IMG/VR virus record: IMGVR_UViG_3300005436_000501
Coordinates: 32,001-96,000 of that record
DNA length: 64,000 nucleotides
Reading direction: 5' to 3' (one strand)
From: a virus
Shown: in pieces, positions 1-8,408 of the stretch
Layout: each line of letters opens with the position of its first letter
Numbering within the stretch: position 1 is the stretch's first letter
Notes under the pieces: generated by a model
What the model saw: only the letters and a program-made list of their open reading frames with translations
What the model was told of the DNA's origin: nothing
The model's database searches: none
Translations under genes and position numbers: made by a program

Positions 1-39
1 TCAGGCGCAGCGGCGCGCCCGGACGCTCCAGGGTGGCGG

Positions 40-435
40 TCACTTCGAGGCCTTGCGGCGGGCCAGCGCGGCGGAGTCGCCCGGGTAGACCCAGAGTTCC
101 CCCCACGGCTCCTCGCGGGCGACCATGCCCACCGCGCCGGGCGACACGCACTTGCCGTCCTTCTGGTGCGCGTCGAAGCCCGTGACGCTGCTGATCGTCT
201 CGTGGCAGGAGCCGCAGTGGTTGCGGTCCCGGCCGGTCCACCACCGCCCGCATGCGCCGTGGCGGATCACCTCGTCCCGGGCGACGCCGAGCGACGCGGG
301 GTCGGGCTGTGCCCCGGAATGGCCCCGGGAAGCTCCCGGGCGAGCGGATAGAGCGCCTGAGGGGGTCGGGTGCGAGGGATTTTGCATCGGGGGCTCCTGT
401 CGGTCGTTGGCGGTCTGGTCGTGGAGGTCGGTCAC
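40..435 (-). CDS. Phage zinc-binding protein (FDXHR-motif-like)
   Basis: CGRWWTG...HCGSCHETISSVTGFDAHQ...C; GTG start overlaps the upstream stop (GTGA). Confidence 0.65.
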   Translation of the reverse strand: MTDLHDQTANDRQEPPMQNPSHPTPSGALSARPGASRGHSGAQPDPASLGVARDEVIRHGACGRWWTGRDRNHCGSCHETISSVTGFDAHQKDGKCVSPGAVGMVAREEPWGELWVYPGDSAALARRKASK

Positions 436-800
436 GGGGTGCTCTTCGCGGTCTTCTGGCGTTCGCGGGCGGCGCGGCGCTTGAGTGCGCGGCGCTCGTC
501 CTCGCTCATCCCGCCCCACACACCCGCGTCCTGGCCGGACTCCAGAGCCCACTGCAAGCACTGGTCGATCACGTCACAGCGGCGGCACACCGCCTTCGCG
601 TCCTCGATCTGCAGCAGTGCCGGCCCGGTGTTCCCGATCGGGAAGAACAGCTCCGGGTCCTCATCGCGGCACGCGGCGCGGTGGCGCCAGTCCCGGTCGC
701 CCGCCGGGTCCGGGTTGGTGAACCCGGGGCGCAGCACGGCCGCCACACGCCGGGCGGTGACCGCGGACGCCATCGCCGCGAGACCCTTCGCCTGCGTCAC
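432..800 (-). CDS. whiB: WhiB-family Fe-S transcription factor, WhiB1/WblE-like, with N-terminal extension
   Basis: DWRHRAACRDEDPELFFPIGNTGPALLQIEDAKAVCRRC..CLQWALESGQDAGVWGGMSEDERR: four Cys plus GVWGG. Confidence 0.95.
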   Translation of the reverse strand: MTQAKGLAAMASAVTARRVAAVLRPGFTNPDPAGDRDWRHRAACRDEDPELFFPIGNTGPALLQIEDAKAVCRRCDVIDQCLQWALESGQDAGVWGGMSEDERRALKRRAARERQKTAKSTP

Positions 801-1375
801 GACGCACCGCCGGTCGCGTGGCCGCGCAGCAGCTCGGCCGTGAGGTCCTGAATCTCGGCCGCCGCCTCGTGCTGCGCGCGGGACTTCACGCACGCCGGGT
901 CGGTGCACTCCGCCTCCGGGCCCGGGTGGGTCGGCTCGTCCTGTCCGGGCGCCGGGTGCGGGCCGACCGCGCGCTGGCGGCGCACCACGTCCAGCAGCGA
1001 CTCGGGCGCTGCTGGCGCGGGCTTGATCTCGATGTCGTCCTGGTCGCGGCCCCGCCACCACACCGGGAACGGTGAGACGCGCACCTCGAAGTCGGCGGTG
1101 TCCGGCGCCCACAACTCGTCGTTCTGCCACGTGGACGCGATCTCGGCGAGTACGCACCGGTCCAGGGCCGGGCCGGGGCCGACCAGGTTCCCGTTGTCGT
1201 CGTACTCGTCGGCGTCGCGGCGGCACGCGGGCACGTCGCCGATCGGCAGCACCGTCAGGTCGCGGGTGTCGTGGGGGCAGAGGATCTCGGCGACGAGGGC
1301 GCGGTCCTGCAGGCGCACGCGGGCGGTGTGCCCGTCGTCGAGCCATTCGGTGTCGGACTCGGTGGGGACGGTCAT
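797..1375 (-). CDS. Hypothetical phage protein
   Basis: ATG after GGAG, coupled overlaps at both ends, acidic globular composition. Confidence 0.7.
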   Translation of the reverse strand: MTVPTESDTEWLDDGHTARVRLQDRALVAEILCPHDTRDLTVLPIGDVPACRRDADEYDDNGNLVGPGPALDRCVLAEIASTWQNDELWAPDTADFEVRVSPFPVWWRGRDQDDIEIKPAPAAPESLLDVVRRQRAVGPHPAPGQDEPTHPGPEAECTDPACVKSRAQHEAAAEIQDLTAELLRGHATGGAS

Positions 1376-1593
1376 GCTGCTGCGCTCCTGATGGGTGCGG
1401 GGACGGGGTTGGGCGGGCACAGGTCGGCGACCTCGGGCAGGCCAGCCGTGGCGGACGGCGAGTGCGCCGAGCACCACCAGCCCGCTGGGTAGGGCCGCAC
1501 GGGGCCCTCGCATTCGCGGTCGGGCCGGGTGGCGTACCCGCACGGGCCGGTGAAGGCCCGGCGGATACGCGGCGCGCGGAGGTCGGCGGTCAC
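1372..1593 (-). CDS. Small Cys/His (zinc-finger-like) phage protein
   Basis: C..C..YPAGWWCSAH motif; coupled overlaps. Confidence 0.6.
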   Translation of the reverse strand: MTADLRAPRIRRAFTGPCGYATRPDRECEGPVRPYPAGWWCSAHSPSATAGLPEVADLCPPNPVPAPIRSAAA

Positions 1594-2003
1594 GGGGTCG
1601 CCGTCGCGGGGATCTCGAGTTGACCCGGGACCGGCTCCTGCGGCTCGCCGTCCTCGGGCAGGTCGTCGTTGGCGTCCCCGATCCAGTCCAGGCCGGAGTT
1701 CAGCGCCTCGGACACGATGCGGGCCATTCGCGCGGCCAGGATCGGCCCGGCCGGGTGGTCCGACTCCTGTGCGACCCGCAGCACCGCGGCGAGGGTGAAG
1801 GTGAACACGTTCCCCGCGACCAGACCCTCGGCGGCGTCGCGGATGGCGCGCTCGTGCGGGGGAGTCGGCGCGGCGGCGGGGACGACGAACTGGGCGACGT
1901 AGGGCTGGCTCTGGTCGTACATCCGGTTCGACAGGTTCACGAGGCGGTGGCGCACCTTCGTGACGCCCGGGGCGGCGGCCTGGGTGGTCGTGGTGTCGGT
2001 CAC
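1590..2003 (-). CDS. Hypothetical phage protein
   Basis: GTG start with GAGGAG RBS; GTGA overlaps. Confidence 0.7.
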   Translation of the reverse strand: MTDTTTTQAAAPGVTKVRHRLVNLSNRMYDQSQPYVAQFVVPAAAPTPPHERAIRDAAEGLVAGNVFTFTLAAVLRVAQESDHPAGPILAARMARIVSEALNSGLDWIGDANDDLPEDGEPQEPVPGQLEIPATATP

Positions 2004-2293
2004 GGGTTCTCCTCGGTGTCGTGGCGGGTGTCGGTCAGGTCGGTGAGGGCTTCGCGGATCGCGGCGTCCCACGTGCGGCGGCTGGTGTGGTGGGTGCGCC
2101 CGGTGTCGGCGCGGCGGTCCGCGTCGAGCAGGACCGCGCGGCGCCGGGTGATCTCGTCGGGGGTGTCGGTGAACGGCGGCGCCCAACCCGCCGAAGCCGT
2201 CGGGCGCGACACGGGCAGCACCGGCTCGACGACGGGCTGCGGCGGCAGGCGTCGGCCCGGGCGGCGGGTGAGTGGGGTCGTCGGGCGCGTCAC
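2000..2293 (-). CDS. Hypothetical phage protein
   Basis: GTGA-coupled ORF in operon. Confidence 0.55.
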   Translation of the reverse strand: MTRPTTPLTRRPGRRLPPQPVVEPVLPVSRPTASAGWAPPFTDTPDEITRRRAVLLDADRRADTGRTHHTSRRTWDAAIREALTDLTDTRHDTEENP

Positions 2294-2352
2294 GCCGCAC
2301 CCTGCGGGACCAGGTCGCGCACCAGCTTCGGCAGCGACGCGTCGGCGTTCAC
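2290..2352 (-). CDS. 20-aa mini-ORF (VNADASLPKLVRDLVPQGAA)
   Basis: Joined to both neighbours by exact GTGA overlaps. Confidence 0.4.
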   Translation of the reverse strand: MNADASLPKLVRDLVPQGAA

Positions 2353-2798
2353 CGGGCACCACCCGGCGCGAGCGGTGCAGCCTCTTCGTCGGCCGACCAT
2401 GCCAGGATCTCCAGGTCGGCGGGGTTGACCTGGTCGAGGCGTTGCGCGCCCGCGAGCTCGTCGACCATGGCGCCCAGGGCGGCTCGGCTGTTCCTGGCGA
2501 AGTACAACTCCTGGGCGAGGTTCGGGCGCCCGGCCAGGCCGAGCAGCTCGCTGGCGGCGCTCGGGATCTCGCGGACGCCGTCCGGGGTCGCGGCCAGCGC
2601 TGAGCCGGGGTTGAGGTGGTAGCCGCCCAGGTGGCACGCCCACCCGGCGAAGCACATCGCGGTGCCGCAGTCGGTCTTGCTGGTCCAGCGGGCCTGGTTC
2701 CACAGGTGGGGTTGCGCGTCGATGGCGGTGAGGATCTGGCGGGCGAGGGTGGCGTTGAACGGGTTGAGGGGCTCGGCGGTTTCGGTTGCGGCGCTCAC
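2349..2798 (-). CDS. Hypothetical actinophage protein with CGTxxCFAGW motif
   Basis: WNQARW..CGTAMCFAGWA motif; GTGA overlap. Confidence 0.75.
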   Translation of the reverse strand: MSAATETAEPLNPFNATLARQILTAIDAQPHLWNQARWTSKTDCGTAMCFAGWACHLGGYHLNPGSALAATPDGVREIPSAASELLGLAGRPNLAQELYFARNSRAALGAMVDELAGAQRLDQVNPADLEILAWSADEEAAPLAPGGAR

Positions 2799-3331
2799 CG
2801 GGCACCCCCGGTCCCGGCGCACTCGGGGCAGTTGCCGGGCTGGCCGATGTTCAGACCCGTGCCCTGGCACGGCTCGCAGTCACCGGACGCGGCGAGCGTG
2901 ACGGGCGGACCGGTGTACGTCGCGCCGCAGTCGCAGTTGCCGGGCGCGGTCAGGGAACCGTGCGGGGGCTGGATCGGGAACGAGTGCTCGTGCGGGGCGG
3001 CCGGCCGCGTCTCGACCAGGACGCCGCGGTGGAACACGTTCGGGACCAGGTCGTCGGTGTAGCACGGCTTCTGCCCGAACTTCGCCCGGTACCAGGCGTT
3101 GAACCGGTGGATCGAGTCGGCCAGCGCCCACGCGGTCTGCTCGGTCAGGGGCGCGCCGTCGGGGTTGTGCTCGCCCTGGGCGTCGGGCTCGTTGGTGTGC
3201 ACGTCGTCGGGGCCGATGACGTGCACGGCCCATTCGGTGTCGGCGTACTCGCGGGCGAACCAGGCGAGTTCGTCGGGGGTGTAGCCGGTCCAGCCGGTCG
3301 TGGCGGTTTGGGTGGCGGTCTGGTCGTTCAT
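2795..3331 (-). CDS. Hypothetical protein with C-terminal Cys-rich (CxxCxGxG) zinc finger
   Basis: CEPCQGTG...CPECAGTG repeats; RBS GGAAGG upstream. Confidence 0.7.
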   Translation of the reverse strand: MNDQTATQTATTGWTGYTPDELAWFAREYADTEWAVHVIGPDDVHTNEPDAQGEHNPDGAPLTEQTAWALADSIHRFNAWYRAKFGQKPCYTDDLVPNVFHRGVLVETRPAAPHEHSFPIQPPHGSLTAPGNCDCGATYTGPPVTLAASGDCEPCQGTGLNIGQPGNCPECAGTGGAR

Positions 3332-3448
3332 TGGCGAGGGTTCCTTCCGGTTGGGGTGCGTGGTCGGTGTCGGATGGGGTGCGGTTCGTCCCGTTTCATG
3401 ATCAAAACTGCGCCGGTTGGTGGCTCAAATGCGCCAGGTCGAGGCCGT

Positions 3449-3925
3449 TCACGCCGCCTCCCACAGGAAGCGCTGCACGCCGCCCGTGCCGCGGTCCTCA
3501 CGGGGCCGCGATGGCATGTCCCAACCCGGCCGCGCCCTGCGCTCCGCGATCACCCGCCACCCCGCGGCGCGCAGGCTCGACCCGGACTCGCCGTCCTGCG
3601 TGTACGTGACCAGGCGGCTGTAGCCCAGCGCCTTCGCGGCGCGCCACGCCGCCCCGTACAGGCACGAGTTCGCGTTCGCGGTCGCGTCGGTGGCCGTGCG
3701 GATCACCTCGAGCGTGTAGCCGTCGTCCAGGTGCCGGGCGACGGGGCGCCCGACGATCGCGACGCCGCGCAGGACCTTGTCGGCGGTGGCGACGCCCATG
3801 CAGAACTTCATCCCGGGCGGTGGGCGGTGGTGGCGGTGGTGTTCGGCGATGAACGTGCAGGCGTCGTTGAAGGAGACCGGGACCAGGTGCAGGGCTGGCT
3901 TGTCTGGTGCGCTGGTGGCGGTCAC
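3449..3925 (-). CDS. XF1762-family protein (Mom-like GNAT fold, putative DNA-modifying acetyltransferase)
   Basis: HHRHH..GVAIVGRPVARHLDDG.TLEV.R...NSCLYGAAWRAAKALGY.RLVTYT..ESGSSLRAAGW. Confidence 0.8.
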   Translation of the reverse strand: MTATSAPDKPALHLVPVSFNDACTFIAEHHRHHRPPPGMKFCMGVATADKVLRGVAIVGRPVARHLDDGYTLEVIRTATDATANANSCLYGAAWRAAKALGYSRLVTYTQDGESGSSLRAAGWRVIAERRARPGWDMPSRPREDRGTGGVQRFLWEAA

Positions 3926-3975
3926 GGCGGCCTCCTTCGGCGGGGTGTCGGGTGGTGTCCGGGCGGGATTCATGA

Positions 3976-4494
3976 TCAGAACGGGGGGCTGCCGTCGGCC
4001 GCCGTGCCGCCCCATCCGCCGTTCCCGGCCCCGCCGCCCGCCCACGGGTCGCCCTGCTGGCTGCCGCGGGTGGCCTGCCCGCCGCCGGGCCGCTGCGTGG
4101 ACGGGGCGCCCCCGCGGTTGCTGTTGCCGGTCGCCTTCGTGACCTTGGCTGTGGCGTATTTGAGGCTCACGCCGATCTCCTCGACGTCGAGTTCGACGAC
4201 GGTGCGCTTCTCGCCCTCACGGGTCTCGTAGGAGCGCTGCTTGAGGCGCCCGGTGACGACGACCCGGCAGCCCTTCTCGAGTCCGCTCTCGGCCAGGTTC
4301 TCGGCGGGCTGGCGCCACAGGGAGCAGCGCATGTAGAGAACGTCAGAGTCTTTCCACTCACTGGCCTGCTTATCGAAGACCCGCGTCGTGGACGCCACCG
4401 TGAACGACGCGACCGCCGCGCCGCTCGGGGTAAAGCGCAGTTCGGGAGCGTCCGTCAGCCCGCCGACAATCGTGATCAAGGTTTCACCGGACAT
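3976..4494 (-). CDS. ssb: Single-stranded DNA-binding protein
   Basis: [54 protein letters not shown]; C-terminal PPF. Confidence 0.97.
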   Translation of the reverse strand: MSGETLITIVGGLTDAPELRFTPSGAAVASFTVASTTRVFDKQASEWKDSDVLYMRCSLWRQPAENLAESGLEKGCRVVVTGRLKQRSYETREGEKRTVVELDVEEIGVSLKYATAKVTKATGNSNRGGAPSTQRPGGGQATRGSQQGDPWAGGGAGNGGWGGTAADGSPPF

Positions 4495-4497
4495 GGG

Positions 4498-4941
4498 TCA
4501 CGCTGCTTTCGGAGTCGGGTCGGACGGGATGGAGGGGCTGGCGAGTCCTGCGTCCACGACCTCGCGCAGCCGCTGGCAGGCGTCACGGGCCTGCTCGGGG
4601 CTCAGGTACATGGCCATCAGCGCGGCGGCCCCGTCGACGAGGGTGCGCAGGTACGTCGCGGCGGCTTCCCGGGCGTCGTGTGTGCCGGGCCATCCGTCGC
4701 GGTTGTAGATCGCCCAGTAGGCGGCGTCGAGGTTGCGCAGGTCGTGCAGGGCGCCGTACGCGGCTGGGTCGGCGCTGTTCGCGCAGTGGTCGCAGACGGT
4801 GGCGGCTTGGTCGTCGGCGAGGGCGAACACGGCGGTGTTGAGCTCTTCGGGGATCTCGCCGTCACAGACGGCGCAGGGCGAGGTGAAGGGGCGGGCTGCG
4901 ATCCGCAGCGGGGTTGGGGGAGCGGGCATGGCGAGGCTCAT
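4498..4941 (-). CDS. Hypothetical protein with CxxC...CxxC zinc-binding motif (start uncertain)
   Basis: CAVCDG...VCDHC; the longer ORF-track N-terminus runs through the repeat cluster. Confidence 0.55.
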   Translation of the reverse strand: MSLAMPAPPTPLRIAARPFTSPCAVCDGEIPEELNTAVFALADDQAATVCDHCANSADPAAYGALHDLRNLDAAYWAIYNRDGWPGTHDAREAAATYLRTLVDGAAALMAMYLSPEQARDACQRLREVVDAGLASPSIPSDPTPKAA

Positions 4942-5097
4942 TTCGGGTTGGGGTTCGTCGGGGTTGCGGTCCCGGGTCGGCGGGGCGGCGCAGGGGTGTG
5001 CGGCCTCGATCCGTTCGGCGAGAGCGGTGAGGCGGTCGATGGGTGCGTGGAGGGCTCCGAGGACGTGGCATTCGACGGCCGCACGGGGGGCTTCGGC

Positions 5098-5291
5098 TGT
5101 TCCCGTGCTGCGGACTGTTCCCTCCTTCTGAGGGAAGGACGGAGGGAACAATCCACAGCCATACACCCGGGAACAGGCGCCCCATGCGGCGGGAACAGGC
5201 GTGACCTGCTGTTCCCCGATTCCGGGGAACACTGTTCCCAAGATCGAGGAACAGTCGCCCCAAGAAGGGCTGCTCCCAAGATCAGGGAACA
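5098..5291. repeat. Cluster of GGGAACA/TGTTCCC heptamers in both orientations; candidate replication origin
   Basis: 9 exact copies (5098, 5116, 5144, 5169, 5191, 5210, 5225, 5233, 5285) plus 2 one-mismatch copies (5247, 5271), directly downstream of the helicase. Confidence 0.8.
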
Positions 5292-5320
5292 AAAATCTCG
5301 GCTGAAAGTCGGACATAATT

Positions 5321-6406
5321 TCAGGCCGCCTTCGCCGCTTTGAGCGCCCTGGCGATGTCCGCCAGAACGGGTGCCTTGCCGGGCAGCGGGACCTTGTTGG
5401 CGGCAGCCCACTCGCGCAACTTGTCGCGACCCAGACCGCCCGGCGCCCCAGCCGCCACGAGGGCGTCTACGTGCCGCTGGATCGTCGCGTGGTGATCCAT
5501 CAGCGGACCGGGATCGGTCAACTCGTGGTTGGTACATCCCGGCAGCCATCCGCCGCCGCCCATCTCGCGTACTGCGCGGCGAGTGATGTCAAAGCTGTCC
5601 TGGCCGAGTCCTGACCGTGAGTGGGTTCGGCGCATCTTCAGGTTGGTGATGATCGTCTCTAGGCCGGCCTCGCGGTCGTATTCGTGACGCGGATCCTCAG
5701 CGGTAAACGTGAGTTCCCAGACCTGGTCGACGTCCTGCGCCTTGGCGGATGACCCGCGGGAGCCCTTCTCCTCGTCCTTGCCCATATGGTCGAGGCGGAT
5801 CCCGGCGACCCCGAGCCGCTTGAGCGGCGCGTGCACGAGCCGGTAGAACGACAGCCACGTGTCCGAGTCGTTCTCTTTCCCCGCGATGAACCGGGAGATC
5901 GTGTCGAAGACGACCAGGTCGGGCTTGCTCTGCTCGACGATGTCGAGCAGTTCGGCAACCGCGATGGCCGACTGATCGAGCGCGCCGCTGAAACTCGGGA
6001 AGAGCCGGTAGTCGAGCCCTTCCAGCTCGCGAGGTACGGCGCCGAAGCTGACCATGCGCGTGACGACGTCGCGCAGGTTGTTCTCGCGGTCGAAGTAGAG
6101 GACGCGCAGCGGTTCGTGGCGTTCGTCGGACAGGAATCGCCGTCCGGTGACGATGCGCCAGATCCAATCGTGGACGAGCAGGGTCTTGCCGACCTTCCCG
6201 CCGCCGACGAGCGCCGTTTGCTGGCCGTGTTCCATGAACTTGCCTGGGAGCCAGTTGACCTCGCTGAAGTCCGTGGCGAACGCGGACTCCCAATCGATGC
6301 GCGGGAATCGTTCCCGCTTCTCGTCTTCGGAGACGGGCGGGTCGATCTCCCGCCACGGGTCTTCGTCGGGCGGGAGGCCGGTGTTCGGGATGGCCTGCAT
6401 GGTCAC
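5321..6406 (-). CDS. AAA_25/RepA-like (RecA-fold) replicative helicase
   Basis: Walker A GGGKVGKT, LYFDREN, Walker B LVVFDT, LDH.GK...RGSSA. Confidence 0.88.
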   Translation of the reverse strand: MTMQAIPNTGLPPDEDPWREIDPPVSEDEKRERFPRIDWESAFATDFSEVNWLPGKFMEHGQQTALVGGGKVGKTLLVHDWIWRIVTGRRFLSDERHEPLRVLYFDRENNLRDVVTRMVSFGAVPRELEGLDYRLFPSFSGALDQSAIAVAELLDIVEQSKPDLVVFDTISRFIAGKENDSDTWLSFYRLVHAPLKRLGVAGIRLDHMGKDEEKGSRGSSAKAQDVDQVWELTFTAEDPRHEYDREAGLETIITNLKMRRTHSRSGLGQDSFDITRRAVREMGGGGWLPGCTNHELTDPGPLMDHHATIQRHVDALVAAGAPGGLGRDKLREWAAANKVPLPGKAPVLADIARALKAAKAA

Positions 6407-7395
6407 CGGCCACCGGCCTTGGCCATGGCGGTGCGCCACGCGTCGTCGATCTCGCGGCTGTCGCGCCCGGCCGTGTATCCGGCGTCGCGGATCGCGTCGA
6501 GCGCCTGATCCTCGGTAACCCGGCCGTCCGCGACGAGATGCGCCGCCGCGGTCGTGGCGGTGCACAGTTGGGCGTGACGGGTGCCCTCGGGTTCGACTGC
6601 GAGCCGCTGGGCGATGCCGTCGAGGATGCGCAGCCCCGCCCCGTCGTCGGCTTCGGCCCGCGGCCGGTAGTCGCGTCTGGCGCGGGGTTCGGGCATGTGC
6701 CCGGTGGCCTTGAGGTGGTGAAGGAGCCATTCGGGCGCCCGCGCGGGTTCGGTGACGTCGCCGAGGCGGGTGTAGCGCCCGGCCGGTTTGGCGGAGGTGG
6801 GGGCGACGATGAACGCGCCCGCGCTCTTGACGTCGACGAGCGGGCCGAACGCCCCGGCGAGGGACTTGATGGTCAGTCCGCGCGGGATGCGCCAGTACAG
6901 GTGCAGTCCCCCGGAGGGTGTGGCGACCATCATCGTGTCGTCCGGCCAGGGCAGCGATGCGCGGTCGGGGGTGCGGTAGCGGATCAGGGCGAGCGCGAAG
7001 ATGTCGTAGCCGTCGTTGACGCCTTCGATCTGACAACTGGGGTCTTCGATCTTGCCGTGGCTATTCGTGTCGAGGTCGATGACGAGCAGGTGGGCCGGGC
7101 CGGTGGCGATGCCGAGGTTCATCTGCGGGAACCGCTCGCACCAGGTTTCGAAGCGGTCGTGGTCGAGGGTTCCGGCGCGCCAGCCGTGGCAGTAGTCCAG
7201 CGGGTGCGGGCAGTCTTCGGGTCCGACGTGCGGGACGCGCTTGGGGGACTTGCTGCTGCACAGTTCGCAGGCCATGGGCCGGGACTGGCCGGGGACGAGG
7301 GGCAGCACGGGCCAGCCTCGTTGGATGAAGGCGTGACCGGCCCGCCTACGGCGCTCGTGGTCGCTGGCGGGCCGGGTGTCTGCGGGGTCGGTCAC
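6403..7395 (-). CDS. Bifunctional DNA primase/polymerase (prim-pol)
   Basis: RGWPVLPL..NLGIATG..LLVIDLD..TPSGGLHLYW..VDVKSAGAFIVAP. Confidence 0.92.
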   Translation of the reverse strand: MTDPADTRPASDHERRRRAGHAFIQRGWPVLPLVPGQSRPMACELCSSKSPKRVPHVGPEDCPHPLDYCHGWRAGTLDHDRFETWCERFPQMNLGIATGPAHLLVIDLDTNSHGKIEDPSCQIEGVNDGYDIFALALIRYRTPDRASLPWPDDTMMVATPSGGLHLYWRIPRGLTIKSLAGAFGPLVDVKSAGAFIVAPTSAKPAGRYTRLGDVTEPARAPEWLLHHLKATGHMPEPRARRDYRPRAEADDGAGLRILDGIAQRLAVEPEGTRHAQLCTATTAAAHLVADGRVTEDQALDAIRDAGYTAGRDSREIDDAWRTAMAKAGGR

Positions 7396-7478
7396 GGACG
7401 GACGCTCCATGCCTGGTGCTCGTGGGTGGACGGGTGGGTCGCGGGCCGGAGCGGTCTCCGGGTGGGTATTTCGCGGCC

Positions 7479-7820
7479 TCAGTCCGTCGCGTTGTCCGTG
7501 GTCGGCTTGCGTGGGTATCGGTCGGCGAGCGCGCAGGCTTCGGCGATCTGGGCGATGACCAGGCGCGCACGCGCGGGGGAGACGCTGCCGCGCAGGCAGA
7601 AGTCGGCAAAGGAGACCTGCGCCGGGTGGCCGTCGCGCTGCACCACGCAGAGCCCATCCGGGCCGAAGTAGTCCACGGGGGTGTTGTGCTCGGTGTCGGT
7701 CGAGCGGTCGAGGTGCCCGACGCAGAAAGCGGGGTCGGTGGGCAGCCGCTCGTACCAGTCGTCGAACGAGTCGCGCGAGGCGTAGGCGCGGAGGCCTGTA
7801 CCATCCGGCATTGGATTCAC
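7479..7820 (-). CDS. Hypothetical protein
   Basis: RBS GGGAG; downstream of a hairpin and an AT-richer divergent promoter region. Confidence 0.55.
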   Translation of the reverse strand: MNPMPDGTGLRAYASRDSFDDWYERLPTDPAFCVGHLDRSTDTEHNTPVDYFGPDGLCVVQRDGHPAQVSFADFCLRGSVSPARARLVIAQIAEACALADRYPRKPTTDNATD

Positions 7821-7847
7821 TCCCGGTCAGATCGGGTGATGGGTCCG

Positions 7848-7883
7848 GGCCCCCGGCTGGTGTTCGCGCACCGGTTGGGGGCC
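7848..7883. other. Stem-loop in the leader of 7479-7820
   Basis: GGCCCCCGGCTGGTG-ttcgcg-CACCGGTTGGGGGCC. Confidence 0.55.
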
Positions 7884-8058
7884 ACTTCGCTTTGGGCCGA
7901 TTTAGAGCCGCCGGGACTACCCCCGCCGACTTTCGCTCGGCCACGATGCATACTATCATTGCAACATGACTGAGCATAGGCAAGCGACGCGTCGGCCCGG
8001 AGGGAGGCATGACTTGGTTGCATTCCACCGATGCACCCCGGCGTGCGATCATTCCCCC

Positions 8059-8346
8059 GTGACCGACTACGACCCCGAGATCGAGGCCGCTGCGCTGGCC
8101 GAGCTCGACCGACTCGCAGCCGATTTCAAGGCCGCCACGGACGTCGCAGAGGAGAAGCGCGCAGCGCTCCACGAGGCGATCATCAGGCACCAGCGCGAGC
8201 GCAACGCCCCGCCCGGGAAGATCGCCGAACATGTCCCGTACGACCGCAACCACGTGCGGCGCCTCGCCGACGCGGCTGGCGTCCCGCCCCTGCGCACACC
8301 GACCGTGCAGCCGATCAAGCGGTCGCGGAAGCCGAAGGCGAGCTGA
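8059..8346 (+). CDS. Small HTH DNA-binding protein, antisense to the operon
   Basis: Helical N-terminus then PPGKIAEHVPYDRNHVRRL HTH-like segment and basic tail; high GC3. Confidence 0.7.
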   Translation: MTDYDPEIEAAALAELDRLAADFKAATDVAEEKRAALHEAIIRHQRERNAPPGKIAEHVPYDRNHVRRLADAAGVPPLRTPTVQPIKRSRKPKAS

Positions 8347-8408
8347 CCGGTGCCGACAATCAACGATGCAGCCTCTGCTTCCTCGATGCTGAGCGCATCT
8401 GATTGGTG

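Noticed and set aside
5098-5291. GGGAACA repeats as a CRISPR array
   Set aside because: Units are 7 bp, irregularly spaced and in both orientations
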